Source: Antedon mediterranea (Eukaryota; Animalia; Echinodermata). From it: a stretch of DNA of 64,000 nucleotides. Below, piece by piece: positions 48,394 to 61,264 of the stretch. The notes beneath the pieces are model-generated. The model saw only the letters and a program-made list of their open reading frames with translations, did no database searches and was not told the origin of the DNA. A program made the translations under genes and the position numbers. The stretch's first letter is position 1; every line of letters begins with the position of its first letter. Where the stretch lies: the NCBI RefSeq assembly GCF_964355755.1, contig NC_092670.1, positions 34,522,388 to 34,586,387 of the forward strand, written 5' to 3'.

Positions 48394-49842
48394 TAAAACA
48401 TAGTATTTTGTGACTAAAATTTACTAGTATTATAGTCTCTTGTATTCTAAACAGTGATGGGTTTTACAATGCTTGTGGGTGGATTGACATCATTATTCTT
48501 ATCAATACTTTTTACTTTTTATGCCATCCGCAGCATGCCTTATAAAAAACATTGAAGTAACACCGTATTTAAAACTTTAAAAAGTATTTATTTAGCTATT
48601 AGTAAAAATCTCTTCTTCAACAAGGCACATATCGGCAAGTGTCTGAAATGTTTGAAATTTACGGACTTTTGAAACTATCTCTGAACGAACCGTACTTCTT
48701 GTACTGACGAAAAGTATTTATAGTTGCAATATACATATTATGTAATTCACTTTGTATTTATCTCCATCATTTATCTCCATAATTTTAATTTCTCACAATG
48801 CTTATGGTACTCCAATAGTAACAGAGATCAGAGGTTTAAACTGTATATCATAATGGACGCAATCAATGTAAAGAATACTCCAAAACAAGCCACTGTTGAA
48901 TGCTATAGTTGTTGAAGCCGCTCTTTTAAAACTTGCATTTCCTTCCCAGAGGGCGCTATTACACTAAATGTGATGCAGCTTGAAAATCTCTGTATTTACA
49001 AAAACGCTCACTAACAGAATATTGCAATTAAAGCACCGCAAACATCAGGGTCATTTTCTTTCGTGTAAGTTCATCTCTTCCTTCCTTTGTGTGGTTTATC
49101 TGTTTTTATTTCGTGTAACTTCATATCTGTTTTTTTCTCCATTTTTGTATTTTTTCATGTTTTTCCCTTCGTGTAATCTTTTAAACATCTTGTTTTTTAG
49201 CAACCTTCAACCAGGCAAACCTTTACAATGATTTGTAAATAAGCATTCTTGTTTAGCGCCCTCTGTAGTTTGACAAAACATAGCAATGATGAAAACATAT
49301 AAATGATGAAAACTAATCCTAGTATCTTGAAAAATAACTGCAGAACATCAAGATGGAATTTTGTTTTTCTCACGTCATGCCATGGTGTCTGAAAAATAAA
49401 GAATAATTGTTTATAGTTTGTGCTAAAAAAAAGTGTTTAAATTCTGAGGAATAAATACATTTAAACTAAACTCTCACTACCATACTATGTTTTGGTAATC
49501 AAACAAAATTCATTCGAAAAATCTTTTGAAAAACAAAAATCCTCTATAAAACATGTCATATTTTAATATTCTGCTGACTGTAAGCTGTGTAGAGATAATA
49601 TTTCTCTCAGAGAAATTTAAGCTTTAAATGTTCAGACTATAATAACGTATGGCATGCTGCAATATATCCACAGAACAGAATTGATTAATTATGTGTGTTT
49701 TCCAATCCCCTTGTCATGCTTTTGTTTTAAATATGGCATAGAAAATAATGGTTAATAAATAATTATGAAATTTATAAAGCTGACATGAAAATGATAACTA
49801 CCATGAATAAACTACCGCGTATGAAGAAATATCATCTATTAT

Positions 49843-49968
49843 TCAAACTAGTTAGACAAAAAAAGTGTGATGTGCCCAAATATGGTAGTGATATGACATC
49901 ATCATGTCCATATATGGGCACATCAATTTTCTTGTCACATAAAGTTTTATGAAGTGTATACCAAGCTT
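49843..49968. mobile_element. MITE family A, degraded copy
   Basis: Family core intact, termini eroded. Confidence 0.7.
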
Positions 49969-51442
49969 TAGACAAATGATGACAACGATGAACATTGGGA
50001 ACTGATAATAGAAAATATAATAAATTATATTTTATTTTTTTATAAATAAATAATAGTTTTATTGTATTGTAATTGTATGATCAGGAAGAAAATAGACAAA
50101 GAGTTTCTTTTTCAAAAAATTCCAAATCCTATCACCAATTTTTAAAACTAGCCAGGCTCAAATTAAATTTGAGTCGAGGCTTACATTTGAGACAGACCAG
50201 GTACACATTGTCCAACTTTCCTTTAACAGTAACACCTTTTATGCTAGGCCTAAAATAATATTTTATTTTACATAGAATAAACCCCTGCAGGCAACACCTC
50301 TTCTTAGGCCTTCATACATTTGTTGATGATAAAGTATAGGCCTAGAACAACAACTAATTATGAACAAGTAATGGATTATTAACTAATACCAGTAAATGGC
50401 TCAGAATGAAACTCCATTAATCCAAATATTTATTATTTATATAAATAAAGTCGGTCAATCCTAATGAACTATACTGAAATGGATTAAAATTAAAAAAAAT
50501 TATAATGAGCCAACAAAATGATCATTCTGTTCTCATGCAGTGAAGTAAAATAGAGCAAGATGACAATGGTAAAATGACAATTAAATACTGGTATAGATGA
50601 CAAACTAAATATAAAATGGTTAGATGACAAACATGAAAAGGAATAAAACAATGATCAAGTGGGTATAGAGTTTAATTTCTTAACTCTCCCAAAAATGCAC
50701 TCCCTTTAACACCGACCAAGATCTTTGGGACTTGAAAATGTAACCATGCTAATACGAGAGAGTATACAAAATATTAAAAAGGGGCAGCAATTATCCCATG
50801 TGGAACCTCACCAAGTTTTAAGTCTGTTTTCCACTATACGAATTTGTTCGCGCGACTGTTTCGCAGAGGGAAAAAAAACCCTCCCCTTTTCCACACAAAG
50901 AACAAACAGCTGCGATTTTCATTTCCATCATTGTGTGTTTGCATAAACATGTCATGATTCCTTTCCTGAGCTCTGATTGGTTGCAATTTTTTTCGTTTCG
51001 CAAAAAGTATAAACTATTTGAACTACTAATTTCGCTGAAAATCAAAAAACTCAAGGAACTAGAATTCATATCAGTAATCTGAGATTTGGAAGATGGAAAC
51101 ATGAACACGCATGCGTATAAGCAGACACTTTTGATTCGCAGGAACAAATTTGGCTAGTGGAAAATGGGCCTTATAATTGGTGAGATCCTCAATCAGAGTC
51201 CTACAATTAAGGCAATCTAACAACAGGACACTTAGCTCGCCTTGCCAAGATAGAAAATCATAACAGTCTTTTGATCTTATGTCTGGCTGCAAAAAATACC
51301 AACAGTACTGCATTAGGTACATATTCTCTGCGACGAGCGGTGTTTATTAAGGAGAGTGGAACTGATCTAGTCGCAGCCACAGATAAACCCTTTGATATCC
51401 GGAGTTCAGTATCCTGTTGTTAGATTGTCTTGCTACAACTAA

Positions 51443-51621
51443 AGCTTGGTTCCCACTAGAACGTAACGCAAGGACGTAAACGCAACGCAAGCGTTTTAAT
51501 CAATGACAAGCGAAGTTATAGACAGTTAGCAATCACAAGCGAATAAGCCATCGCTTGTGATTGGTCAATTCACTTGCGTTGCGTTACGTCCTTGCGTTGC
51601 GTCGCTAGTGGGAACCATGCT
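51443..51621. mobile_element. PIF/Harbinger-type MITE, largely palindromic, 179 bp
   Basis: TAA-AGCTTGGTTCCCACTAG ... CTAGTGGGAACCATGCT-TAA with internal AACGCAAGG / CCTTGCGTT arms. Confidence 0.88.
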
Positions 51622-51750
51622 TAAGTGATGGGATATCTGTTCATTCCAGTGGTTCTCCTGGATATGTATGAGGATGGAGAGTTGAATATCATAAACCATT
51701 TAAATTCACCTGATACTCTTAAGCTATCTAGATCTAGGCCAAACTTTGTG
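51621..51750 (-). CDS. NKAIN: Candidate NKAIN terminal coding exon (STKFGLDLDSLRVSGEF...RYPIT*)
   Basis: Strong acceptor TTATTTTTATTTGCAG at 51752-51751. Open in phase 2 for 42 codons to TAA. No homology support recognised. Confidence 0.4.
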
Positions 51751-52117
51751 CTGCAAATAAAAATAAATAATTGATTTGTTAAACATACATTTAAGGTAAA
51801 ATGATACAAAACCACACAAAAAGCAAAGCAAATATTATATTTTAAAAAACGGAGACAAATTTTGTTGCTTACTGCTAAATTATTTTAGTGGGCATTGGAT
51901 AGATCTGGTAAAGCAAATCTTATGCTCTCTACTAAAACAGTACTGCAGTAACAGTACTGCAGTAACAGTACTGCAGTAACAGCCTCATGTTTTAGATTTG
52001 ACACTCGGCTATTATAAGAAGTAGCTAATGCGCTTCTAACATAGCCAGTGGGCCAGTGAAACTCAAAATAAACTAGCCCGGTGGTCTAGTAGTGAAATTT
52101 TTAAAAATTCATTCTAA

Positions 52118-52703
52118 AGCTCTGTCTATACTATCAATCTAGTTTGCACCCAAATATGGTAGTGATATGATGTCATCATGTCCATATATGGGCACATCAC
52201 ATAAAGCTTGATAGTGTAGACAGAGCTTTATATCGTCTTATTACCTATCAGCATAATTTATTGTGTTTACATCGATAGTTTACACTGATAATCTACATAA
52301 TCTTAAAGCAACATTACAATTTAATCGTTGTCACTTTTCCAGTCACATAGACACTTATAAATATTTGAACTCGGTTAGAAGACATAGATAATGTTAGCCA
52401 GCAATATCAATTGATAGTTGAAAAAATACATTGATACTAACTCTAGATAGGCCATGGAAAACACATGTAATGGTTCTCGGCACCACCTCCTAAAATTTTG
52501 GTGCAGGATTTTTTATCTTTCAGGCTAGATTTTAATTGCTCACACAAAAACATTGCATCAACTTAAGGCTCAACATGGGTCATAAGTATGTGACAGCCTA
52601 GCATATACTAGACCATGTTTGTTAAGTTCTGTCTACACTATCACTACACTATAGGCACATCACATTTTTTTGTCACATAAAGTTTGACAGTGTAGATAGA
52701 GCT
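52118..52703. mobile_element. MITE family A, two internally deleted copies (52118-52227, 52625-52703)
   Basis: Family TIRs with TAA/TTA flanks. Confidence 0.8.
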
Positions 52704-53734
52704 TTAGACACATTTGCATAGATTTAAAATGTTATGCTTTACTGAAGAGAATGAAATAACACAAAATTCAATCTACTGTAAATCTAAAACATTAAAGATG
52801 AACTTTTATGATGCGGGGCTAAAATTTGTTAGGGCAGATGGCAAAAACCATATTATCTATTTCCTATGGCCTTAGCTTCAATTGTATCTGAAGCATTTAG
52901 GTACAGTACATTCTTTTGGAATTTTATTATTTCTTCTAAATACTTAAGACTAATTTACAGACAAGCGTTAATGGTAAGCAGAAAACTGCATAGCTTTTCC
53001 CAAATAGAATCAGTATCTATCCTGAGTGGGTTTTCGCTCAACAGCCCGTCTGCTCCGCATTTTGTGTAATAAATGGTCAGAAAGAAAGAATTTTTTTTTC
53101 TTTTTTATGGTTACTGTTTTTTGTTACTACTCGTCTGTTTGTAAATTGGCGTTTAGATTTAACTGACAAGTGTTGAGGTGGTCAATTGTGGGAACACGTT
53201 ATTAAGAAACATTAATTGAATTGAAACATATCCTGACAAAAGCAACAATTTCACTGAAACAAATAGCATGCTACAGACACTAGGGTGTTCAACACTGTAC
53301 ACATACTGTACACAAACCTTTTGGTCATATTTGTTGTTCTTAGCAATGACTAGAAAAATAAATCAACCAAAATATTCTAAATTTGTCATTTGTATGGTAA
53401 ACAAACATTTTAAAATACGCTGTGTACAATATTTTCAAAGTATATTTTCTTTTTTTTAACAAAATGTAGGATATAATTACTAAAGCAATACATTTTCTTG
53501 TAACTGCAGTACATAAAAATAGCAAACATATTTTAGAATTAGGACAGTAATAATATAAATAAATAAATAAATAAAAATACATTTTGAAAAACTGTTTTTA
53601 CTTAGCCAATGCTTTTTGTTTTAACAGCTTATACTTATGGGAAGTTTATATTTGTGTTATAGAACTATATTTTGAATCATTTAATATTAAACTGCAAAAT
53701 TATTTATTTAATTATTATAATCACACTTATTAAG

Positions 53735-53805
53735 TGACACCCCTTATTCAGGAAACACCCTTATTCAGGTGACACCCTTATTCAGTGACACCCTTATTCA
53801 TGGTA
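53735..53805. repeat. GACACCCTTATTCA short tandem array; related arrays at 56038-56120 and 36940-37345
   Basis: Repeated (G)GACACCCTTATTCA(G) units of 14-16 bp, likely subterminal repeats of a degraded DNA transposon family. Confidence 0.6.
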
Positions 53806-53933
53806 CATTTATAATTTGTCATAAATTTTCAATGATTTTGAATCATTTAATAATGCAAACTAAATTATTATTCATAATTTACATATTGCTAGTTATTATT
53901 ATAGAATAATGAAACATGCACAAAATATATTAA

Positions 53934-55288
53934 AGATGTATTGTCCCTTGAAACACAAAAAATGAAAAAAATAATATTCTAAATTAAAATTGACCATATC
54001 AAAGTAATATTAAAGTTATTCACGTTGAGTCGAAAATTTGAGGCAAAAACAACAATTTTACGTAATTAACAGGTAAATTAATTTGATTACATTTCGTCTG
54101 GAAAATCGTCACGAGCGAAAGTAAACAAAGATTTCAAACCACGAGTATGCATTATGCATGATGCTAATTAGGATTGTTTACAACTCGTCACAGATGAAAA
54201 GGTGTTTTCACACAGATCGCAAGGAAGTTTTATGAGTATGCATACAGAGTAGCCAAACAAGCGCGTTGCATTATGAGATATGTTTTGATCGAAAACTTTT
54301 ACTGGAAGTCAAAGTTATTTTTTGAACAAAAAACGTCCGTATTTTGGTTAAATGATTTTTTTTTCAACTAATTTTTGGTGAAAGTTAATAACTATTATGA
54401 TACTTCAAAATGACCTAATTTTTTTCGAAATTTAAAAAAAAAAAATTTTTTTTAATTGGTCAAAGGGACAATACATCTTTAAACAATCATGCTGGTTCAC
54501 ATACAACTTATGTCCATTTTACATCTGTATATCTACATAGATGACAAGCTAATTGGATTGAACACAAACATTACATTGATACGGTATATGTATCTTAATT
54601 ACTTAATTAATTCTCAAGGTAATAATACTAACAAAGTGCTAATTGACACTGCTGTCAACCATACTGATCGACACCATTAGTAATCACGATACCTTTTAAT
54701 GAACTACGCTATATCTAATTTTAACAGCAGAATGGTTTCCTTTACAAATGTATCAAATTCTTTTTTCTGAACAAAATTTGACAGCCTTTTTTAATTCATA
54801 TTTTATGCAATACATCACCTTCCATTCATCCATACTCACGGCCGAGACAAAGCGTTGCGCAATCTCCTTTGACAGCAAAAATGAAATTATGAACTAACAA
54901 CTAACTCCTGTAATACTACTACGGTAATGTTAGTTATTTGAAATATACTGTATCATTAAAGATGTATTTTTACAACTTTTTGTTGTTGAATATGCCATTT
55001 TATTGGCAATCACATAATTGTTATCCACTTTGAAAAAAAATTGAATCGGAAAAAAAAAATGTTTACCTGAAAAAACTGTAATTTAAAGAAAAATATAGTC
55101 AAATTGGCTGCCAGCCAATGGGTTTTTGGTTGAATTTGACCATTTATTTTGTCATTTTATATGAGAAAACATTTTGTTTTTGTTTTTTTTTTACGGAAGG
55201 GATTAACTTTATTAAAACTACAAAATAACCTATTCAAAGTCAATTTAGTTAATCTTCATTTTTCATGTTTTTGGGGGACGATACATCT
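53934..55288. mobile_element. Two Kolobok-like MITEs of the same family (53934-54478, 54960-55288)
   Basis: TTAA-AGATGTATT ... ATACATCT-TTAA. Further end fragments at ~25150-25206 and ~58113-58175. Confidence 0.8.
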
Positions 55289-55925
55289 TTAACATTCTGG
55301 ATCTGCCTCTGACCAGCATCCATTTCAACATCCACAGAAATTAAATAGTATTTGTTGGATGACTAATGAACTAATAATTATACTGTAAAATAGAAAGGCG
55401 ATATTAAGAACGCAATAATCGCAGCGGCTTATGCCCTGACTGAACAAAGTGCCTCTAATGAAAAATTAATACATGATTATTACCAAGCACAGTTACTTAT
55501 TAAATATGCTAACTTGCCATAAATTGTGTTTATAAACCCTTGGACTAACAAACAATTTTTTATTATTATTCTATAAGTCACAATAACGATCTAGAAATGT
55601 ATTTCTCCATGTAATAAAATATTAAATGTACGCCTAATTGGTTTTTATTTATAACACATTTAACATTTTTATTTCTTTCATTTATTTCTTTCTTTATAAA
55701 AAGTAATTTATTATCAGAATTAAATTATGAAATCTAAATATTAGTTTTTGTTCCTTTTGTTGTAACAAATAAAATGAAATCAATAAAAACATTCAATTTG
55801 AACAATGATACAATAATAAACGTTGGGCTTAATATGTAATGGTTGCCATGTAAAACAAACATGCAACTGACCATCAATATAAATTTACTACCAAGACACA
55901 TTCACAACTATCTGGCAACACTTAC

Positions 55926-55946
55926 CTCATATCTTCTGTTTTAGGC
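55926..55946 (-). CDS. NKAIN: Candidate 21-nt NKAIN microexon (M-PKTEDM-S)
   Basis: TTTTTTATGATACCAG|GCCTAAAACAGAAGATATGAG|GTAAGT. Symmetric phase 2, matching the phase-2 end of exon 62656, with no stop. Confidence 0.55.
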
Positions 55947-57976
55947 CTGGTATCATAAAAAATACAAGATATCAAATAGTTTGGATGTTGCCAGTGTTTG
56001 AAAATCAAATTAATGCACACACATAAAAGGATAGGAAAGGACACCTTTATTCAGGGACAAACTTATTCAGGGGACACCTTTATTCAAGGGACACCCTTAT
56101 TCAGGGGATATCCTTATTCAGAGTTTTCAAATTTATTAATACGGATTATGTAATTATTATATTGATATTTTTAAGTAATGTGAACATTATTTTCATTTAA
56201 AAATTTCCTTATGAAATGCCTGAGCATATTTGCAGTTTAATTCTATAAAAAAAAAACCTTTCTCTATTTAAGACAATTGAAAGTGAATGCATTTCATAGG
56301 CAAATTAATTAGAACATTTAATGTCCTGTCAACACACTAATAAAACATTAAATTACTATCGACAACGGTTATTTAAAAAAGAACATATTGACACAGAACA
56401 TAGCTGTCAGCAGCATAAATAAAAAGAAGATTAATATTTATTACTAACGCAAAACCGATTAAATGTATAAATAAAACGACAGCAGCTTAATGTTTCATTG
56501 TCAGGATCTATACTCTGATTGCTGACGTGCAACATCTGACCTTTCTTTATGCACTTTAAGTCTTTCTGTTGTGTACAGTATGTTTATAAATGGTTTTGAA
56601 TGAATTTATGTACAAATTGATGTACTGTACAAATTGATATACAAATGTCAGTCACCAACCGCTCTTAAGTGAGCAAGCATACTTATACACCAACAGTGAC
56701 ATTTGAACAGCTTAATAATACAATCTATATATAAATTTACGTAAGGGCAAAATTCGGTAAATCGCGCGTTATTTCTAGAATGTTTACTCGATGGTATATA
56801 AAGTTGATTCGTACTTTCGGTGCTGATTTTAACCACCTGGTGAAACCTGTTTACTAATTAAATTGAGTTAGATATTTAGTTATTGACAATTAAAACGAAA
56901 TTAGCTCCAACGATTTGCCCCAAATAGGGGTGTTTTCCGATGGTGGTATACACTGTATACTGGATGTCCTCTTGAAAAATACTCACACACAATAATACGA
57001 GGATGGTTCGCATTTTCCTATATCCTCCTACGATAATTGTTTTTAATAGATGAAAACGGGTTGAACAGCTCCATCCAGTACAGCATCATAATATTGAAGA
57101 CAGGCCGATTTTCTTTAAAAAATACTATTTTGATAGATTTAATATACGTCGTTTATACAAAAGGATTGCTTGGCGATGAATGGAACATTCTAAATTATTT
57201 GGTTTAACCATGAACTATACCTTCATGGTTTAACACAAGTAGGTAATGGGCCCTTGGAGAATAAACATAAATAGTATTGCAATGCTATAAAATACTGTAA
57301 ATAGGTATTAACTACTTTTGATCGCCATTTGAATCGCAAATTTCTTATTGTGAGTGGTACTGTTAGATATAAAAAACCAAAATACAAATACACTTTATTA
57401 CTGTGAGTGTGTGTAGCCGCTACTGTTAGATTATAAACACATAATATACAAATACACTTTATTTGCTTCTCAACGTTTGCATTAATTAATAATTACAAAC
57501 AATATAAACGTCGTAGTGTATCGTTACATGTACTTTACTATTTCAATCGACTATGACAGTGACAGTTTTAATAAAGTATTAAATCGCAAATGTTTTACTG
57601 TATTTAGTGGTATATTATTTATAGACCTATAAAACATGAAAACAATATTTCGTTACTGAGTGGATAAAGAATATATTAAAAAATTGTTCCTCTTTGTACC
57701 TATCCTCTTCCCCCCATCCCTCAACCCTTAATGTTACATAATTAAACACAAATTCGGTTTGTTTAAATGAGTTCAAATCAAAAATTCATTTTGTGACAAG
57801 TTCCTCCTTCGGAAGTAATTCCCAGGGTGCTAATTTTGGTTGACTGCATAAATAATTGTGTCTATTCGTTTCTGTAAACGACAATGTATTATAGTCCTGC
57901 GGTACGTACATTTGAAATCGCCAGTTTTGTTTACGCTGAAATTACTATGTATTCGAGAACTATTTGTGGGCACGAC

Positions 57977-58013
57977 CTAGATGGTACGCGAGCAAATCGA
58001 GTGTACCATCTAG
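57977..58013 (+). mobile_element. Hairpin ending in CTAG followed by T; possible Helitron 3' terminus
   Basis: CTAGATGGTAC ... GTACCATCTAG-T with an 11-bp perfect stem. Confidence 0.45.
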
Positions 58014-60346
58014 TATTTAAAATTCTATTTCATGTATAAAGTTTATTATTTTTACATTTTAGCTGTCATGCTTTTTAAAATGATTTTACTTAACAAATTA
58101 TTATTTATTTAAAGAGGTACAGTATTGTCCCCCAAAGTCATGAAAAATCAACATTAATAAAATCAGACTTTAAATAAAAACTTAAATTCAAAAAAAATTT
58201 GATATAAATTTGAATTGCACATTTAAGCATGAGTTTGACTCAAAATATTGGTAAACTTTTGCGATTATCGGAAGAGGTCTGCAGTCATTGAATTTTTCAT
58301 TGTTGCTGTTAATGCTACTCTGTATTTTGCTTTATTATTTGTGGAAATAAATATTATTATTATTATTATTATTATATTAACTTTGTCAAACCAAACATTT
58401 CCTATTATAACCAGAAAAATGAATATTGTCTTGTTTAACAGTATCTTTTATTAACTAAGTCTGTCTACCAAGAGTGTGATATACGGCACTTCACCAGACA
58501 GCGTGTTGAATCAGAGCCGAATCAATAATAAAATCAATGTACTCATTTCAATATTGTAAACAAACTGTGCTATATCTGCCAACTAAAATCAGAGATTGAA
58601 CTAAATTTAGAAATTACTGGTATGTTAAAGAAACCATAACAGTTTAATTTGTCACCACAAAAAAGGAAAATGAACAACTGACCAAACCTCTAGATTAGTG
58701 AATTGATTTTTTTAAATTATAATTTGGAAAGGCCAGATAAGCATATAGCTGAAGGCTAGTAGCTATTAAGACGTCCTCCCCCTCAAATTATAAAGAGAAA
58801 CATACTGTACACAAGATGCTCTACATAAACAAGTCTAATTATTACAAGTCTTTGGGGGTGGAGTTGTAATTTTAATTTTTCGTTAGTAGAACAAATCCTG
58901 ACATATGACAGGACTAGGACCCAGGACCCTCGGATTGGTAACCAAGCATCTAAACCACTAAGCTCCACTCATTACTAATACTAGTCCGAGTATTTTGATT
59001 TTTCCATTTTTCACTAGCCTGTGACATTTTGCTAGCCCAAAACTGGTGCTACTACTAGCCAACCAAAATAAGATCATTCAGGGTGACTATTATTAATACT
59101 GTAGATTTAAAGAAAAAGCAACAACAATTTTGGTAATACTTTTCTCTTAAATTTATAACTGGGATCAAAGGTTATTCATTATTTATCAAGTCAGCAATTT
59201 TTTTTAGACAAACCAGACCAATAAATTAAGCCCTAAGAAAGCAAAATAAAGAGAGTGACAGAGGATGTGTTATTTATTATTTTGGCCCATATTGAACATA
59301 AAGATAACTTTAATTTATGATTTCTTCAATATATCAGCTTTCTTTAAACCCATTCAGGATGAAAATTGTGGTCATTATCATGCAAACAAAAACTTTCCAT
59401 ACATACATGGCAAGTACCCCAGTTAAGTGACAGTCGTGTTATTTATTCTCAAAAAATTTCATCTGGTTTAAAATGGATATTTAATAATATAAATGGTAAC
59501 TTTTTGGTTATTTATTATTTTGGCCCATATTGATTGAAGATAAAGATAAACTCAACATTTTAATTGATTATTTGTTCAATATATAAATTTGCTCAAAACC
59601 AATTTTAGAATGAAAATTGTGGACATTATCATCAAACTTTCAATATATACATGTACACATACACACAGATCAATTACTGCAGTACACAAGCATTTTGCCA
59701 AGTAACCAGGTGCTATGATGTCTATTTCTTATAATCTGTTATCAAATTGTTGGTATGCATACGCAGATCATGATTTATGTGAAACACCTGGCTAATATAA
59801 ACAACAATCTATGTACTGCAATAATATCTTTAATCTTTTTTTGTGTGTTTATAGATACATATGCTTTTATTGATGAAGACATGTGAATTTTGTTTATGTA
59901 GAAATATTTTCTATTTTTTTTTTTTTCATTACATTATTTTTTTCTTTTCTTCTTTCTGTTCTCCTATAGTAGGAAGAGTGGTGCCGACGAGAGCAAAAGA
60001 AATGCGTTTCTTTTTTTTAAAGCCTTTCACACCTTGTCGTTTGAAAATTGCAGGTGTGAAACAAATTGCACTCCTCAGCGTATTCAGGGGTGCTGTACTG
60101 TATTTTAGTGTCTAGATTAGAAGTATACCAAATTTAAGTATGCTGTACAGTAAATCGCACACCTCAAGTTCATTTTAGGGGAGCTTCTGTTCAAGCATAC
60201 TGTACTGCCTCTTATTTAGGCTAATCCTGGCCAGATGATTGCTTCAGAATGGGCAATAGCCTTATGTTATGTTGTGGAGCTTTATGACCCAAACAACCCT
60301 TGATACATGAAGTAGCAGTGACGTTATAGACGATAACCAGCATATA

Positions 60347-61159
60347 CCGTATATTTCGGTGTATAAGTCGCACCTGTGTATAAGACGCACCCCTAACTGA
60401 GAGTAAAATATCGGTATTTTTTATATCGTCGGTGTATAAGACGCACCTTATATTTCATCAAAACAATGTTTTTTTAAATTGTAATCAATATTATTGTAAT
60501 AATATATTTTGTTATATCTGCAACGGCGTTCTTTATTTAGGTTTTTTCTTACCTAGGCTCGGCCGCGTCCAGCCTCAACAGCCGCAACATCGAGTGCATG
60601 ACCGTGTGTGTAACACGTACGTGTGGGCTAGCCTCGCTCGATCATTTCGAGAGGGCGCACGTTTTCACGGACAAGCGTATTCGATTAGTATCTATGTATC
60701 CGAGAAGTGTGTACGCTAGGTCCATGCTATAATCACCTGGAGAATATACTAGTCGAATACCGTACACCTTGTGGCCGCCAAGAAGGGCTTGCGCTGGGGG
60801 TACGGCGATCGTGCGTATAACTACTGTATAAATAAATACTATTCCAATCGTACGTAAACGTTTAAAAATGAAATTTTATCGCCATAATGAACAAATCTTT
60901 TCATCATATTTAGTATGACATCATGCTAAAATGCCTTGAAAACTAGGCAGAAGCAGGTTGCCGTTACGTTAGTTAGTTACTGTAGCTAGGCCTAGCCTAC
61001 TCAGGCCTATAGTTTTAACGAGGTGACGATAGCCTACTAGGCCTAGGCATATGTACTATCTGTGTGGTGAGGCATTTATGTTCGGTGTATAAGACGCACC
61101 CTTAATTTAGAGGTCAAATATGCGTGTCAAAAGTGCGACTTATACACCGAAATATACGG
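60347..61159. mobile_element. Tc1/mariner-superfamily (Tc2/pogo-like, CCGTA termini) non-autonomous element, 813 bp
   Basis: TA-CCGTATATTTCGGTGTATAAGTCGCAC ... GTGCGACTTATACACCGAAATATACGG-TA with subterminal GTGTATAAGACGCACC repeats. A related end lies at ~25090-25148. Confidence 0.88.
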
Positions 61160-61264
61160 TAATTATATGATATACCTAGAGATTTACACCTGAAGACCTA
61201 TACTAGGCTTATTATGGATTGGGAATATCATTTCAAATACTACAGGATGAGCTGCACATACATA

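Noticed and set aside
50725-51322. Cluster of 73-109 aa ORFs
   Set aside because: No recognisable domain or consistent splice structure. More likely NKAIN 3' UTR or intergenic sequence.
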